48,282 bases of DNA from Rhodospirillaceae bacterium. Lineage in GTDB: Bacteria > Pseudomonadota > Alphaproteobacteria > Rhodospirillales > Magnetospirillaceae. A program made the translations under genes and the position numbers. The stretch's first letter is position 1; the number at the start of each line of letters is the position of its first letter. Where the stretch lies: contig DUZF01000001.1 of the NCBI GenBank assembly GCA_013349665.1, positions 1 through 48,282 on the forward strand. The letters run 5' to 3'. The notes under the pieces are model-generated. The model was not told where the DNA came from, searched no databases, and was given only the letters and a program-made list of their open reading frames with translations. Below, piece after piece: positions 30,052 through 39,184 of this stretch.

Positions 30052-30149
30052 GAACGAGAAGCAGTCATCGATGGTATTACTATCAAAACGGGATATATCG
30101 CATCTGCCGCAAAGGGTGGCACGCTATTCCCGGAGATCGGATGCCGGTG

Positions 30150-30410
30150 CTATGTCTTTCTTAAAACCAGACGATGAATGCCATCAGGACCCTCACCCGG
30201 TTCTGCTAGCAAAGAAACAATGACATGGCCCAGTTCCTTGACCGACCTTGGAACGTTACGCAGAGGTTCCGGTCCTTTAAGTCGGACCTCCAGGGTTGCT
30301 CCAGACTGCATCTTTTCAATGACCAACTTGGTCTTGACGAAGGTGAGCGGGCAAATCTCTGCCGTGATGTCGAGGAAGTAATTGATGTTCTCAGTCACAG
30401 GGGCTACCAA
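30150..30410 (-). CDS. TusA/SirA-like small sulfur-carrier family protein
   Basis: 82-86 aa. LDITAEICPLTFVKTKLVIEKMQSGATLEV resembles the LD-x-x-G-x-x-CP-x-P-x-x-K motif, although it has CPLT rather than CPxP. Start is TTG 30410 or GTG 30398. Low GC. Confidence 0.5.
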   Translation of the reverse strand: MVAPVTENINYFLDITAEICPLTFVKTKLVIEKMQSGATLEVRLKGPEPLRNVPRSVKELGHVIVSLLAEPGEGPDGIHRLVLRKT

Positions 30411-30499
30411 ACTTCTGGGGCACCAACATTGGTTATTGCGGTCCGTTCTAGAACAAACTATATATGTAACAAGATCCTGTAATCAGAGGCCACACTTCT

Positions 30500-30922
30500 A
30501 TGACCGACCAATCCAATCAAAATGAACTTCTGGCGCTGACCACCGAGATTGTGGCGGCTCATGTGGCCAACAATTCAGTTGCCGTTCATGATCTGCCGAA
30601 CCTCATCCAAGAGGTGTACCGGACGCTGTCCTCGGTCGGCACCGCCCCGGTCGTCCTCGAACGCCCGCAGCCCGCGGTGCCGGTGAAGAAGTCGGTTACC
30701 CCCGACTACATCATCTGCCTGGAGGACGGCAAGAAACTTAAGATGCTGAAGCGTCATCTGAAGACCGCTTATAACATGACTCCTGAGGAATACCGCGAAC
30801 GTTGGGGTCTGTCGGCCGACTATCCGATGGTGGCGCCGAACTATGCCCAGCATCGCAGCTCTTTGGCCAAGAAAATCGGTCTGGGCACCAAGCCGCGCAA
30901 GCGTCGGCGGGCCGCTCAGTAA
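30500..30922 (+). CDS. MucR/Ros family transcriptional regulator (non-canonical metal site)
   Basis: 140 aa. VPVKKSVTPDYIICLEDGKKLKMLKRHLKTAYNMTPEEYRERWGLSADYPMVAPNYAQHRSSLAKKIGLG aligns with the Ros/MucR DNA-binding domain. Confidence 0.85.
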   Translation: MTDQSNQNELLALTTEIVAAHVANNSVAVHDLPNLIQEVYRTLSSVGTAPVVLERPQPAVPVKKSVTPDYIICLEDGKKLKMLKRHLKTAYNMTPEEYRERWGLSADYPMVAPNYAQHRSSLAKKIGLGTKPRKRRRAAQ

Positions 30923-30943
30923 TTCTTTGCCGGTGACAGGTTG

Positions 30944-30973
30944 GCGCCGCAACCCCTGGCGGGGTGGCGGCGC
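30944..30973 (+). terminator. putative intrinsic terminator after the mucR-like gene
   Basis: gcgccgc aa cccc tggc gggg tg gcggcgc followed by ttcccgttt. Confidence 0.4.
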
Positions 30974-31022
30974 TTCCCGTTTGCCATTGCAACTCGTTTG
31001 AATTATCGGTTAAAACCCGGGA

Positions 31023-31454
31023 ATGATTTCGCGTATCGAACAGCGGTGCATCGATCGGGGGATGAAGATGACCGACCAGCGGCGGGTCATCGCCCGCGTG
31101 CTGTCGGAAGCCGCCGATCATCCTGATGTGGAAGAGGTGTATCGCCGCGCCACGGCGATCGATCCCAATATCAGCATTGCCACCGTCTACCGCACGGTCC
31201 GCCTGTTCGAGGAGGCCAACATCCTTGAACGTCATGATTTCGGCGATGGCCGCGCCCGCTATGAAGAGGCGCCGGACTCCCATCACGACCATCTGATCGA
31301 CGTTCAGAGCGGCCGCGTCATCGAATTTCAGAATCCGGAAATCGAGGCCTTGCAGCGCGAGATCGCCCGGCGCTATGGCTACCGGCTGGTTGGCCATCGG
31401 CTTGAACTTTACGCCGTGCCCATCCCCCCCGGCGAGGGCAACGAGCCCAGTTGA
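31023..31454 (+). CDS. fur: Fur family metalloregulator (alphaproteobacterial Fur/Mur type)
   Basis: 143 aa. QRRVIARVL, ISIATVYRTVRLFEEANIL, and HHDHLIDVQSGRVIEFQNPEIEALQ with no CxxC structural site, as in Fur/Mur of alphaproteobacteria. Confidence 0.85.
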   Translation: MISRIEQRCIDRGMKMTDQRRVIARVLSEAADHPDVEEVYRRATAIDPNISIATVYRTVRLFEEANILERHDFGDGRARYEEAPDSHHDHLIDVQSGRVIEFQNPEIEALQREIARRYGYRLVGHRLELYAVPIPPGEGNEPS

Positions 31455-31489
31455 CCCTCGCCACCCGTCAGGAGTCGTCGAGCCGCGGA

Positions 31490-32296
31490 ATGATGAACGC
31501 CCAGACCCGAGATGCGGACGACGCGGAAGCCGTCGGTCTGACCGTCAGGCTGGCGGCCTCGGACGCCGAGATCGAGGCCGCGCAGCGGTTGCGTTATCGG
31601 GTCTTCTATGAGGAGATGGGCGCTCGGCCGACTCCGGCGATGGCGGCCAGCGGGCGGGACTTCGATGATTTCGACGAACTCTGCGACCATCTGCTGGTCA
31701 TCGACGAACGCCTTGGCGGGGGCGGCCGGTCGGTCGTCGGCACCTATCGCCTGTTGCGCCGCGAAAGCGAGAAGTTTCAGCGTTTCTACTCGGCCGGCGA
31801 ATATGACGTGTCGACCATCGCCGCCTATCCCGGCAAAGTGCTGGAACTCGGCCGCTCCTGCGTCGATGCGGCCTATCGCACCAGGAACACCATGCAGTTT
31901 CTGTGGCGGGGGATCGCCGGTTATGTTTTTTCCCACGGTGTTGATGTGATGTTCGGTTGCGCCAGCCTGCCCGGGACCGATCCCCAGGCCCTGGCGGTGC
32001 CGCTGTCCTATCTCTATCACCATCATCTGGCCCCGCCGACGCTGCGCCCGCGGGCCTTGCCCGAGCTCTACAACCAGATGGACCTGCTGCCGCCGCAGGC
32101 GGTGGACACGCGCCGCGCCCTGGTCGCCCTGCCGCCTTTGCTCAAGGGCTATCTGCGGCTCGGCGGCTTCGTCGGCGACGGCGCGGTGATCGATCGGCAG
32201 TTCAACACCACCGATGTCTGCATCATCGTCAAGACCGACCTGATCACCGACAAATATTTCCGCCATTACGACCGCACCGCGCCGAGAAATCTTTGA
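31490..32296 (+). CDS. olsB: ornithine-acyl-ACP N-acyltransferase OlsB-like (GNAT, COG3176)
   Basis: AQRLRYRVFYEEMGA, FDDFDELCDHLLVID, VVGTYRLL, LELGRSCVDAAYR, and FGCASLPGTDP. Followed by an acyltransferase gene as in olsBA loci. Start is ATG 31490 or TTG 31451. Confidence 0.7.
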   Translation: MMNAQTRDADDAEAVGLTVRLAASDAEIEAAQRLRYRVFYEEMGARPTPAMAASGRDFDDFDELCDHLLVIDERLGGGGRSVVGTYRLLRRESEKFQRFYSAGEYDVSTIAAYPGKVLELGRSCVDAAYRTRNTMQFLWRGIAGYVFSHGVDVMFGCASLPGTDPQALAVPLSYLYHHHLAPPTLRPRALPELYNQMDLLPPQAVDTRRALVALPPLLKGYLRLGGFVGDGAVIDRQFNTTDVCIIVKTDLITDKYFRHYDRTAPRNL

Positions 32297-32300
32297 ACCG

Positions 32301-33107
32301 ATGAAGGACGTGCACAATCCCCTGGTGGCGGGTATCCGCTTCGGCGGCTGGCTGGGTCTGACCCTGTGTTTGCTGCCGGTCTACGGCGTGGCGTTGGGAT
32401 GCAAGCGCAAGGCCTGGTGCTCGGGGCTGGCGATTCTGTATTGGCGGGCACTGGTCCGCGTGGTCGGCTTCGAGGTGGTGGTCAAAGGCACCGCCAGCCC
32501 CGAGCGGCCGACCCTGTTCGTCTCCAATCATGCCTCCTATTTCGATATCGTCGTTCTCGGCAGTCTTCTGCCCGCCTATTTCGTCGCCAAGAAGGAGGTC
32601 GGCCAATGGCCGGGTATCGGCTTCCTGGCCAGAATAGCGCGCACCGTCTTCGTTGATCGCCGTCCGCGGCGCAGCCTCGACCAGCGTGACGAAATGGTCA
32701 ACCGCCTGGCGGTGATGAAGGACTCCCTGGTGCTGTTTCCCGAGGGTACCAGCAGCGACGGCAGCCGCGTGTTGCCGTTCAAGAGCGCCCTGCTGTCGGT
32801 GGCGGAAGCGCCGCTGGCCGATCCGCGCGGTCTGGCCGTGCAGCCGGTGTCGGTGGCCTATACGCGCCTTGACGGTATGCCCATGGGACGCCATCTGCGG
32901 CCCTTCTTCGCCTGGTACGGCGGCATGGAACTGGTGCCCCATCTGTGGACGGCGCTTGGCCTTGGGCGGACGACGGTGGAAGTGCGTTTCCACACGCCGG
33001 TCCGCCTGGCCGATTTCGGATCGCGCCGGGCCTTGGCCGACCATTGCCATCAGGTGGTCAATGCCGGGGTGGTGGCGGCCAATACCGGACGGGGCGGGCC
33101 GGGATGA
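32301..33107 (+). CDS. olsA: lysophospholipid (lyso-ornithine lipid) acyltransferase, PlsC family
   Basis: 268 aa. HX4D motif [10 protein letters not shown] and the FPEGTSSDG motif. Lies directly after the olsB-like gene. Confidence 0.7.
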   Translation: MKDVHNPLVAGIRFGGWLGLTLCLLPVYGVALGCKRKAWCSGLAILYWRALVRVVGFEVVVKGTASPERPTLFVSNHASYFDIVVLGSLLPAYFVAKKEVGQWPGIGFLARIARTVFVDRRPRRSLDQRDEMVNRLAVMKDSLVLFPEGTSSDGSRVLPFKSALLSVAEAPLADPRGLAVQPVSVAYTRLDGMPMGRHLRPFFAWYGGMELVPHLWTALGLGRTTVEVRFHTPVRLADFGSRRALADHCHQVVNAGVVAANTGRGGPG

Positions 33108-34435
33108 GACGGCTGTTCATCAAGACCTATGGCTGCCAGATGAACGTCTATGATTCGGCGCGCATGGCCGAGGTGCTGGCGCCGCTCGGCTATGCCGTGG
33201 CGGCGGCGGCCGAGGATGCCGATCTGGTCATCCTCAACACCTGCCATATCCGCGAGCATGCCGCCGAAAAAGTGTTCTCGGAATTGGGCCGGCTGCGGAA
33301 ACTCAAGCTGCGCCGCGGCGGCGACATGGTGATCGCCGTCGCCGGCTGCGTGGCGCAGGCCGAGGGTCAGGAAATCATGGCCCGCGCGCCCCATGTCGAC
33401 ATCGTCCTCGGGCCGCAGACCTATCACCGCCTGCCGGAAATGGTGGCCCGGGCGAGCCGCGCCGGCGGCCGCGTGCTGGATACCGAATTTCCGGCCGAGC
33501 CGAAATTCGATTATCTGCCGTCGCCCACCGCCCACGGACCGGCCGCCTTCCTGTCGGTTCAGGAAGGCTGCGACAAATTCTGCACCTTCTGCGTCGTCCC
33601 CTATACCCGGGGGGGAGAGTATTCGCGCCCCGCCGGCGCCATCCTCGACGAGGCCGCCGCTCTGATCGGCCAGGGCGTGCGCGAGCTGACGCTGCTGGGG
33701 CAGAACGTCAACGCCTATCATGGCCGGGGAGCGGACGGCGCGGTCTGGGGGCTGGGCCGGCTGATCCGCGAGCTGGCCGACCGCTTCGACGGGTTGCAGG
33801 CCATCCGCTACACCACGTCGCATCCCGGCGATGTCGATGACGAACTGATTGCCGCCCATCGCGAGGTCCCCCGCCTGATGCCGTTCCTGCATCTGCCGGT
33901 GCAGTCGGGGTCTGACCGCATCCTGGCGGCGATGAACCGCCGGCACACGGCCGACGACTATCGGCGCCTGGTCGATCGCCTGCGGGCGGCGCGGCCCGAT
34001 CTGGCCCTGTCTTCGGATTTCATTCTCGGTTTTCCCGGCGAAACCGACAGGGATTACCAGGCCACCCTGGCGCTGATCGACGATATCGGCTTCGCCCAGG
34101 CCTATTCCTTCAAATACAGTCCGCGGCCCGGGACCCCGGCGGCGGGCATGGAGGGCCAGGTGCCGGAGCAGGTCAAGGAGGAGCGGCTGGCCGGACTGCA
34201 GCGGCTGGTCGCCGGTCAGGCGATGGCCTTCAACAGGGCCTGCGTCGGTCGGCGTTTCCCGGTGCTGCTGGACCGTCCCGGACGGCATCCGGGACAGCTG
34301 CTGGGCCGCAGTCCCTATATGCAGTCGGTGTTCGTCGACGCTCCCGCCGAGTTGTTGGGCTCCATGCAGGTGCTGCGGGTGACCCGGGCAAACGCCAATT
34401 CGCTGGCCGCGGTGCTCGACGGGGGTGCCTCATGA
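33104..34435 (+). CDS. miaB: tRNA-2-methylthio-N6-dimethylallyladenosine synthase MiaB
   Basis: [18 protein letters not shown], radical-SAM [15 protein letters not shown], and a TRAM-like C-terminus. ATG 33104 overlaps the olsA stop. Confidence 0.9.
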   Translation: MRRLFIKTYGCQMNVYDSARMAEVLAPLGYAVAAAAEDADLVILNTCHIREHAAEKVFSELGRLRKLKLRRGGDMVIAVAGCVAQAEGQEIMARAPHVDIVLGPQTYHRLPEMVARASRAGGRVLDTEFPAEPKFDYLPSPTAHGPAAFLSVQEGCDKFCTFCVVPYTRGGEYSRPAGAILDEAAALIGQGVRELTLLGQNVNAYHGRGADGAVWGLGRLIRELADRFDGLQAIRYTTSHPGDVDDELIAAHREVPRLMPFLHLPVQSGSDRILAAMNRRHTADDYRRLVDRLRAARPDLALSSDFILGFPGETDRDYQATLALIDDIGFAQAYSFKYSPRPGTPAAGMEGQVPEQVKEERLAGLQRLVAGQAMAFNRACVGRRFPVLLDRPGRHPGQLLGRSPYMQSVFVDAPAELLGSMQVLRVTRANANSLAAVLDGGAS

Positions 34436-35376
34436 CGGCGAGCCGCGAATTCGACGACAATGCCCTGCTGCAGATGCTCTATGGCCCGCATAATGTTCAT
34501 CTGCAACGCATCGAGCGCGGCCTCGGGGTCAGCCTGATCGCCCGCGGCAACCGCATCGACATCGACGGTCCGGCAGAGCGGACGGCCGAGGCGGCGGCGG
34601 TGCTCGACGGGCTGTATCAGCGCCTGCAGAAGGGCCAGCCGGTGGATGCCGGCGAAATCGACGCCATGCTGCGCCTGGTTCCCGGCGGCGCCGACGAGGT
34701 GCCGGTGATCGTCACCCGCAAGCGCCATATCCAGGCCCGGTCGCCGGGCCAGGCCGACTATATGCGGGCGATGGAGGGCAGCGATCTGGTGCTTGGCCTG
34801 GGCCCGGCGGGGACCGGCAAGACCTATCTGGCGGTGGCCAAGGCGGTGTCGATGATGATCCGCGGCGAAATCGACCGCATCATCCTGTCGCGGCCGGCGG
34901 TCGAAGCCGGTGAGCGCCTGGGCTTCCTGCCCGGCGATCTGCGTGAAAAGGTCGATCCCTATCTGCGGCCGCTGTACGACGCCCTGCATGACATGCTGCC
35001 CGGCGACCAGGTGGCCAAGAAGCTGGCCGCCGGCGATATCGAGGTGGCGCCGCTGGCCTTCATGCGCGGGCGGACCCTGGCCAATTCCTTCGTCATCCTT
35101 GACGAGGCGCAGAACACCACGGCGGTGCAGATGAAGATGTTTCTCACCCGCCTGGGCGAGAATTCGCGGATGGTGGTGACCGGCGATCTGTCGCAGGTCG
35201 ATCTGCCGCAGGGGGTGCGCTCGGGTCTGGAGGACGCGCTGGAGGTCCTGGCCGGCGTCACCGAGATCGCCGTCATCCGCTTCACCGATCGCGACGTGGT
35301 CCGCCACGGGCTGGTATCGCAGATCGTCCGCGCCTATGACGCCCGCGACCAGCGGCGCCGAACGGCGAAGCCGTGA
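34432..35376 (+). CDS. phoH: PhoH family ATPase
   Basis: Walker [13 protein letters not shown], then AFMRGRTL and [13 protein letters not shown] overlap with miaB. Confidence 0.88.
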   Translation: MTASREFDDNALLQMLYGPHNVHLQRIERGLGVSLIARGNRIDIDGPAERTAEAAAVLDGLYQRLQKGQPVDAGEIDAMLRLVPGGADEVPVIVTRKRHIQARSPGQADYMRAMEGSDLVLGLGPAGTGKTYLAVAKAVSMMIRGEIDRIILSRPAVEAGERLGFLPGDLREKVDPYLRPLYDALHDMLPGDQVAKKLAAGDIEVAPLAFMRGRTLANSFVILDEAQNTTAVQMKMFLTRLGENSRMVVTGDLSQVDLPQGVRSGLEDALEVLAGVTEIAVIRFTDRDVVRHGLVSQIVRAYDARDQRRRTAKP

Positions 35377-35864
35377 GCGGGCCCGACATCGCCGTCAGTC
35401 TGGCCGCCGGCGACTGGGCTACGGCCCTGCCCGAGGCCGAGGACCTGTGCCTGCGGGTGGCGGCGGTGGCGCTTGGGGTTGCCGATCTGCCGGCGGAACG
35501 CCTGGAGGTCAGCATCGTCTTGGCCGATGACGCCACCGTCCGCGATCTCAATCACCGCTATCGCGGCCAGGACCGGGCGACCAATGTGCTGTCCTTCGCC
35601 GCCCTTGACGGCGGGTCGCCGCCGCCCGAGGGACCGATCCTGCTGGGCGACGTGGTCCTGGCCTGGGAGACGGTGGCGGCCGAAGCGGTCCGCGACGGCA
35701 AGACCTTGGCGCAGCATCTGTCGCATCTCGTGGTGCATGGTGTTCTGCATTTGTTAGGATATGATCATCAAGTCGACGGCCAAGCCACCGAGATGGAAAG
35801 CCTGGAGCGCGCCCTGCTGGGGGCGCTCGGCGTTCCGGATCCCTACGCCGCCGACGAACCTTAG
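35373..35864 (+). CDS. ybeY: rRNA maturation endoribonuclease YbeY
   Basis: Metal site HLVVHGVLHLLGYDH. GTGA overlap with phoH. Confidence 0.88.
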   Translation: MSGPDIAVSLAAGDWATALPEAEDLCLRVAAVALGVADLPAERLEVSIVLADDATVRDLNHRYRGQDRATNVLSFAALDGGSPPPEGPILLGDVVLAWETVAAEAVRDGKTLAQHLSHLVVHGVLHLLGYDHQVDGQATEMESLERALLGALGVPDPYAADEP

Positions 35865-35882
35865 GAGCGCCACGACCGCCCG

Positions 35883-36785
35883 ATGAACGAAGGCAATGGT
35901 GGAAAGCCGTCCCGTGAAAACGGCGGCGGCGACGAATCGCTGGTTCATGTCCTGCTGACCCGGCTGAGGCTCATCAAGCGCGACAAGGCCGCCGAATCGG
36001 TTCGCGAAACCCTCGAGGAGCTGTTCGAGCAGCGCGAGGACGACGCCGTGCCCATCGACGAGCATGAACGCCGCCTGCTGGCCAATGTGCTGCGCCTGCG
36101 CAATGTCGCCGCCTATGACGTGATGGTGCCGAGGGCCGACATCACCGGCGTCGAGGTCAGCACCAGCCTGGAGGAACTGCTCGAGCAGATCAACGCCACC
36201 GGGCATTCGCGCTATCCGGTGTATCGCGGCAATCTCGACGACGCCGTCGGTCTGGTCCATATCAAGGACGTACTGATGCTGGTGGCCTCCGGCAAGCCGT
36301 TCGGCCTGTCGCGCATCGTCCGCAAGGTGCTGTTCGTCTCGCCGTCCATGCGGATCCTCGACCTGTTGCTGGAGATGCGGCTGAAACGCACCCATATGGC
36401 GCTGGTGGTGGACGAATTCGGCGGCATCGACGGCCTGGTGACCATCGAGGATCTGGTGGAACAGATCGTCGGCGAGATCGAAGACGAACATGACCAGGAC
36501 GCCGAACCTGATTATGTCGAGCGGCCGGACGGCGTCGCCGAGGCCGATGCCCGCATGCCGCTGGAGGAATTCGAGGCCCGCGTCGGACCCCTGCTCGATG
36601 CCGAGGAGGGCGAGGACATCGATACCCTGGGCGGGCTGGTGTCCTTCCTGGCCGGCCGGGTGCCCAGCCGCGGCGAACTGATCCCGCATCCCTCGGGCCT
36701 GGAGTTCGAGGTGGTCGACGCCGACCCCCGGCGCATCAAGCGGCTCAGGGTGCGCAATCTTCCCAAGCCGCCCGCCGACGAATGA
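35883..36785 (+). CDS. CBS-pair plus CorC_HlyC domain protein (CorC/TlyC family)
   Basis: 300 aa. VMVPRADI, HSRYPVY, ALVVDEFGGIDGLVTIEDLVEQIVGEIEDEHD, and a CorC_HlyC-like C-terminus. Confidence 0.82.
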   Translation: MNEGNGGKPSRENGGGDESLVHVLLTRLRLIKRDKAAESVRETLEELFEQREDDAVPIDEHERRLLANVLRLRNVAAYDVMVPRADITGVEVSTSLEELLEQINATGHSRYPVYRGNLDDAVGLVHIKDVLMLVASGKPFGLSRIVRKVLFVSPSMRILDLLLEMRLKRTHMALVVDEFGGIDGLVTIEDLVEQIVGEIEDEHDQDAEPDYVERPDGVAEADARMPLEEFEARVGPLLDAEEGEDIDTLGGLVSFLAGRVPSRGELIPHPSGLEFEVVDADPRRIKRLRVRNLPKPPADE

Positions 36786-36797
36786 GCGCAAGAAACA

Positions 36798-36954
36798 GTG
36801 GCACGGGCGTCCCTGCCGGACCCTTGATTCTCAGTGGGACCGGCGTCCCTGCCGGTCTTTGGCGCAAAGCGGCGGAAACATTTCGGCTTCGCCGAAACAC
36901 CGGCACGGCGGCCGGTGCCACTATTTTTTCACAGGCTCGGGACGCCCGTGCCAC
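36798..36954. repeat. four copies of a ~22-nt GC-rich motif (two direct, two inverted) forming a nested hairpin
   Basis: gtggcacgggcgtccctgccgg at 36798-36819 and gtgggaccggcgtccctgccgg at 36834-36855. Inverted copies at 36900-36921 and 36939-36954 (16/16 complementary to 36798-36813). Central 7-bp hairpin tttcggc ttc gccgaaa at 36881-36897. Confidence 0.75.
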
Positions 36955-38480
36955 TTAGTTTCATCGACCGATGCCTGTCATCCCGCCGCCGGCGCTGGGC
37001 CGCCGCCTTCGGCCTCGGCCTTGTCGCCGCCCTGGCGCTGCCGCCGGTCTATGCCGTTCCGCTGTTGTGGCTGGCCTTTCCCGGCCTGATCCTGCTGCTG
37101 GACGGGGCCGGCGGGGCGGCCGGCGCCTTCGCCGTCGCCTGGTGGTTCGGCTTCGGCCATTTCTCGCTCGGGCTTTATTGGATATCCCATGCCCTGCTGG
37201 TTGACCCCGTCCGCTTCGGATGGATGATTCCCTTCGCCGTTTTCGGCCTCGGCGGCCTGCTGGCGATGTTTACCGGCGCCGCCGGCTGGGCGGCCTGGCG
37301 CTGGGGCGCCTCGCCGGTGTCCCGCGGGCTGTGGCTGGCCATCGCCTGGGCCGCCATGGAATGGCTGCGCAGCTGGGTGCTGACCGGTTTCCCGTGGAAC
37401 CTGATGGCCAGCGTCTGGTTGCCGGTGCTGCCGATGGCCCAGGCGGTGTCGCTGGCCGGCAGCTATGGCCTGGGCCTGCTGACGGTGGCGGTGGCCTCCC
37501 TTGCGGTCGCCTGGCGGCAAAACCGGGCGGCGGTGGCGGCGGGCCATCTGCTGCTGGCCGCCGTCTTCGCCTGGGGCTGGGCGCGGCTGCCGGCCGAGGC
37601 CCTGCCGACGGTGGCCGGCCTGCGTCTGCGCCTGGTGCAGGCGAATATCGAGCAGACCCTGAAATGGCGCCCGGAACTGCGCCTTCAGCATCTGCGCCGC
37701 CAGCTCGAGCTGACCCGGTCGCCGGGCTTCGACGCGGTCACCGATGTCGTCTGGTCGGAAACCGCCGCGCCGTCCTTTCTTGATCAGGATGCCGAGGCCC
37801 GGGCCCTGGTGGCCCAGGCGGTGCCGCCGGGCGGGCTGCTGCTGGCCGGGGCGGTACGCGGCACGCCCAGCGGCGTCGAGCCGTTTCGCATCTGGAACAG
37901 CCTGCTGGCCATCGATCACCAGGGCACCATCGTCGCCGGCTATGACAAGGCCCATCTGGTCCCCTTCGGCGAATATGTGCCGTTGCGGGGAATCCTGCCG
38001 CTGGCCAACAAGCTGACCGCCGGCGAGGTGGATTTCAGCCGCGGTCCCGGCCCGACCTCCCTCGAGCTTCCCGGATTGCCGCCGGTGGGGCCGCTGATCT
38101 GCTACGAAGTCATCTTTCCCGCCGAGGTGGTCGACCCCGGGCATCGTCCGCGGTGGCTGCTGAACGTGACCAATGACGGATGGTTCGGCCTCAGCGCCGG
38201 CCCATATCAGCATTTCGCCGCGGCCAGGTTGCGGGCCATCGAACAGGGGCTGAGCCTGGTGCGGGCCGCCAATACCGGCATTTCGGCGGTGGTTGACGGC
38301 TATGGCCGGGTGGTCGCCGAACTGGGATTGGGAAGGACCGGGGTCCTTGACAGTGAATTACCTACCTCTTTGGCGGAACCTCCTTTGTATGCGCGTTGGG
38401 GAGACTGGGCGTTTTTCCTATTGCTCTTTTTGTTTGCCACATGCGCGATTGTTTGGGACAAGGTGACCAAGAGAAATTGA
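36948..38480 (+). CDS. lnt: apolipoprotein N-acyltransferase Lnt
   Basis: Polytopic N-terminus (FPWNLM motif GFPWNLMAS) and a C-terminal nitrilase-like domain (ICYEVIFP, NVTNDGWFG). Start is uncertain: GTG 36948 is chosen, and the frame is open from 36834. Confidence 0.85.
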   Translation: MPLSFIDRCLSSRRRRWAAAFGLGLVAALALPPVYAVPLLWLAFPGLILLLDGAGGAAGAFAVAWWFGFGHFSLGLYWISHALLVDPVRFGWMIPFAVFGLGGLLAMFTGAAGWAAWRWGASPVSRGLWLAIAWAAMEWLRSWVLTGFPWNLMASVWLPVLPMAQAVSLAGSYGLGLLTVAVASLAVAWRQNRAAVAAGHLLLAAVFAWGWARLPAEALPTVAGLRLRLVQANIEQTLKWRPELRLQHLRRQLELTRSPGFDAVTDVVWSETAAPSFLDQDAEARALVAQAVPPGGLLLAGAVRGTPSGVEPFRIWNSLLAIDHQGTIVAGYDKAHLVPFGEYVPLRGILPLANKLTAGEVDFSRGPGPTSLELPGLPPVGPLICYEVIFPAEVVDPGHRPRWLLNVTNDGWFGLSAGPYQHFAAARLRAIEQGLSLVRAANTGISAVVDGYGRVVAELGLGRTGVLDSELPTSLAEPPLYARWGDWAFFLLLFLFATCAIVWDKVTKRN

Positions 38481-38586
38481 CCGATTGGTCAGACCATTCC
38501 TTGTCAGGAATACGTGTATTGATTTAATTTAGGTGAATGTCTAATCTGGTTTCGTTTGGCAACTAACCGTTGCAACTCCAGCCACC

Positions 38587-38607
38587 ATCCACAATTTAGG
38601 TGTGGAT
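38587..38607. promoter_or_regulatory. inverted repeat ATCCACA-N7-TGTGGAT upstream of the XRE gene
   Basis: atccaca atttagg tgtggat lies 25 nt before ATG 38632. AATTTAGGTG also occurs at 38526-38535 and 38593-38602. Plausible autoregulatory operator. Confidence 0.4.
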
Positions 38608-38631
38608 AACAGATTTTTAGTGGGAATATCC

Positions 38632-39141
38632 ATGGCCCGACTCGCAAGCAACTCTCCTCGTTCCAAATCCGATGCCCCGGTCAGGCGTTCCGGGCGCGGG
38701 CGCACGCCCTCCGGCAAGCCGAACCCCATCGACGTCCATGTCGGCGGCCGGGTCCGTCTTCGCCGCACCTTGCTCGGCATGAGCCAGGAAAAGCTGGGCG
38801 AGGCGATCGGCCTCACCTTCCAGCAGGTGCAGAAATACGAACGGGGGGCCAATCGTATCGGCGCCTCGCGACTGTTCGACCTGTCGCGGGTGCTGGATGT
38901 CCCGGTGTCGTTCTTCTTCGACGACATGTCGGAAGGCACCTCGCAGTCGAGCCCGCGGATGATGGTCGCCGGTCTGGCCGAGGAACCGCCGGTTCTGGCC
39001 GAGAGCGATCCCCTGACCAAGCGCGAAACCCTGGAACTGGTGCGCGCCTATTACCGGATCACCGATCCGCAGGTGCGCAAGCGGGTGTTCGAACTGGCCA
39101 AGGCCCTGGCCAATGCCGGCGACCCGGCCGAAACCGCCTGA
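38632..39141 (+). CDS. XRE-family helix-turn-helix transcriptional regulator
   Basis: 169 aa. IDVHVGGRVRLRRTLLGMSQEKLGEAIGLTFQQVQKYERGANRIGASRLFDLSRVLDVPVSFFF is a canonical Cro/C1 HTH. Conserved position after lnt in alphaproteobacteria, from memory. Confidence 0.8.
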   Translation: MARLASNSPRSKSDAPVRRSGRGRTPSGKPNPIDVHVGGRVRLRRTLLGMSQEKLGEAIGLTFQQVQKYERGANRIGASRLFDLSRVLDVPVSFFFDDMSEGTSQSSPRMMVAGLAEEPPVLAESDPLTKRETLELVRAYYRITDPQVRKRVFELAKALANAGDPAETA

Positions 39142-39149
39142 CAGGACCC

Positions 39150-39178
39150 TCCTCACCCCATGGATCATGGGGTGAGGA
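39150..39178. terminator. bidirectional terminator hairpin
   Basis: tcctcaccccatg gat catggggtgagga, a perfect 13-bp stem between the convergent XRE gene (ends 39141) and DUF1244 gene (ends 39185), followed by cttt. Confidence 0.6.
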
Positions 39179-39184
39179 CTTTGG

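Noticed and set aside
38557-38578. Possible sigma-54 promoter ttGGcaactaaccgtTGCaa upstream of the XRE gene
   Set aside because: The GG-to-GC spacing is 2 nt longer than the TGGCAC-N5-TTGC consensus. It is more simply read as an imperfect inverted repeat (ttggcaac / gttgcaa).
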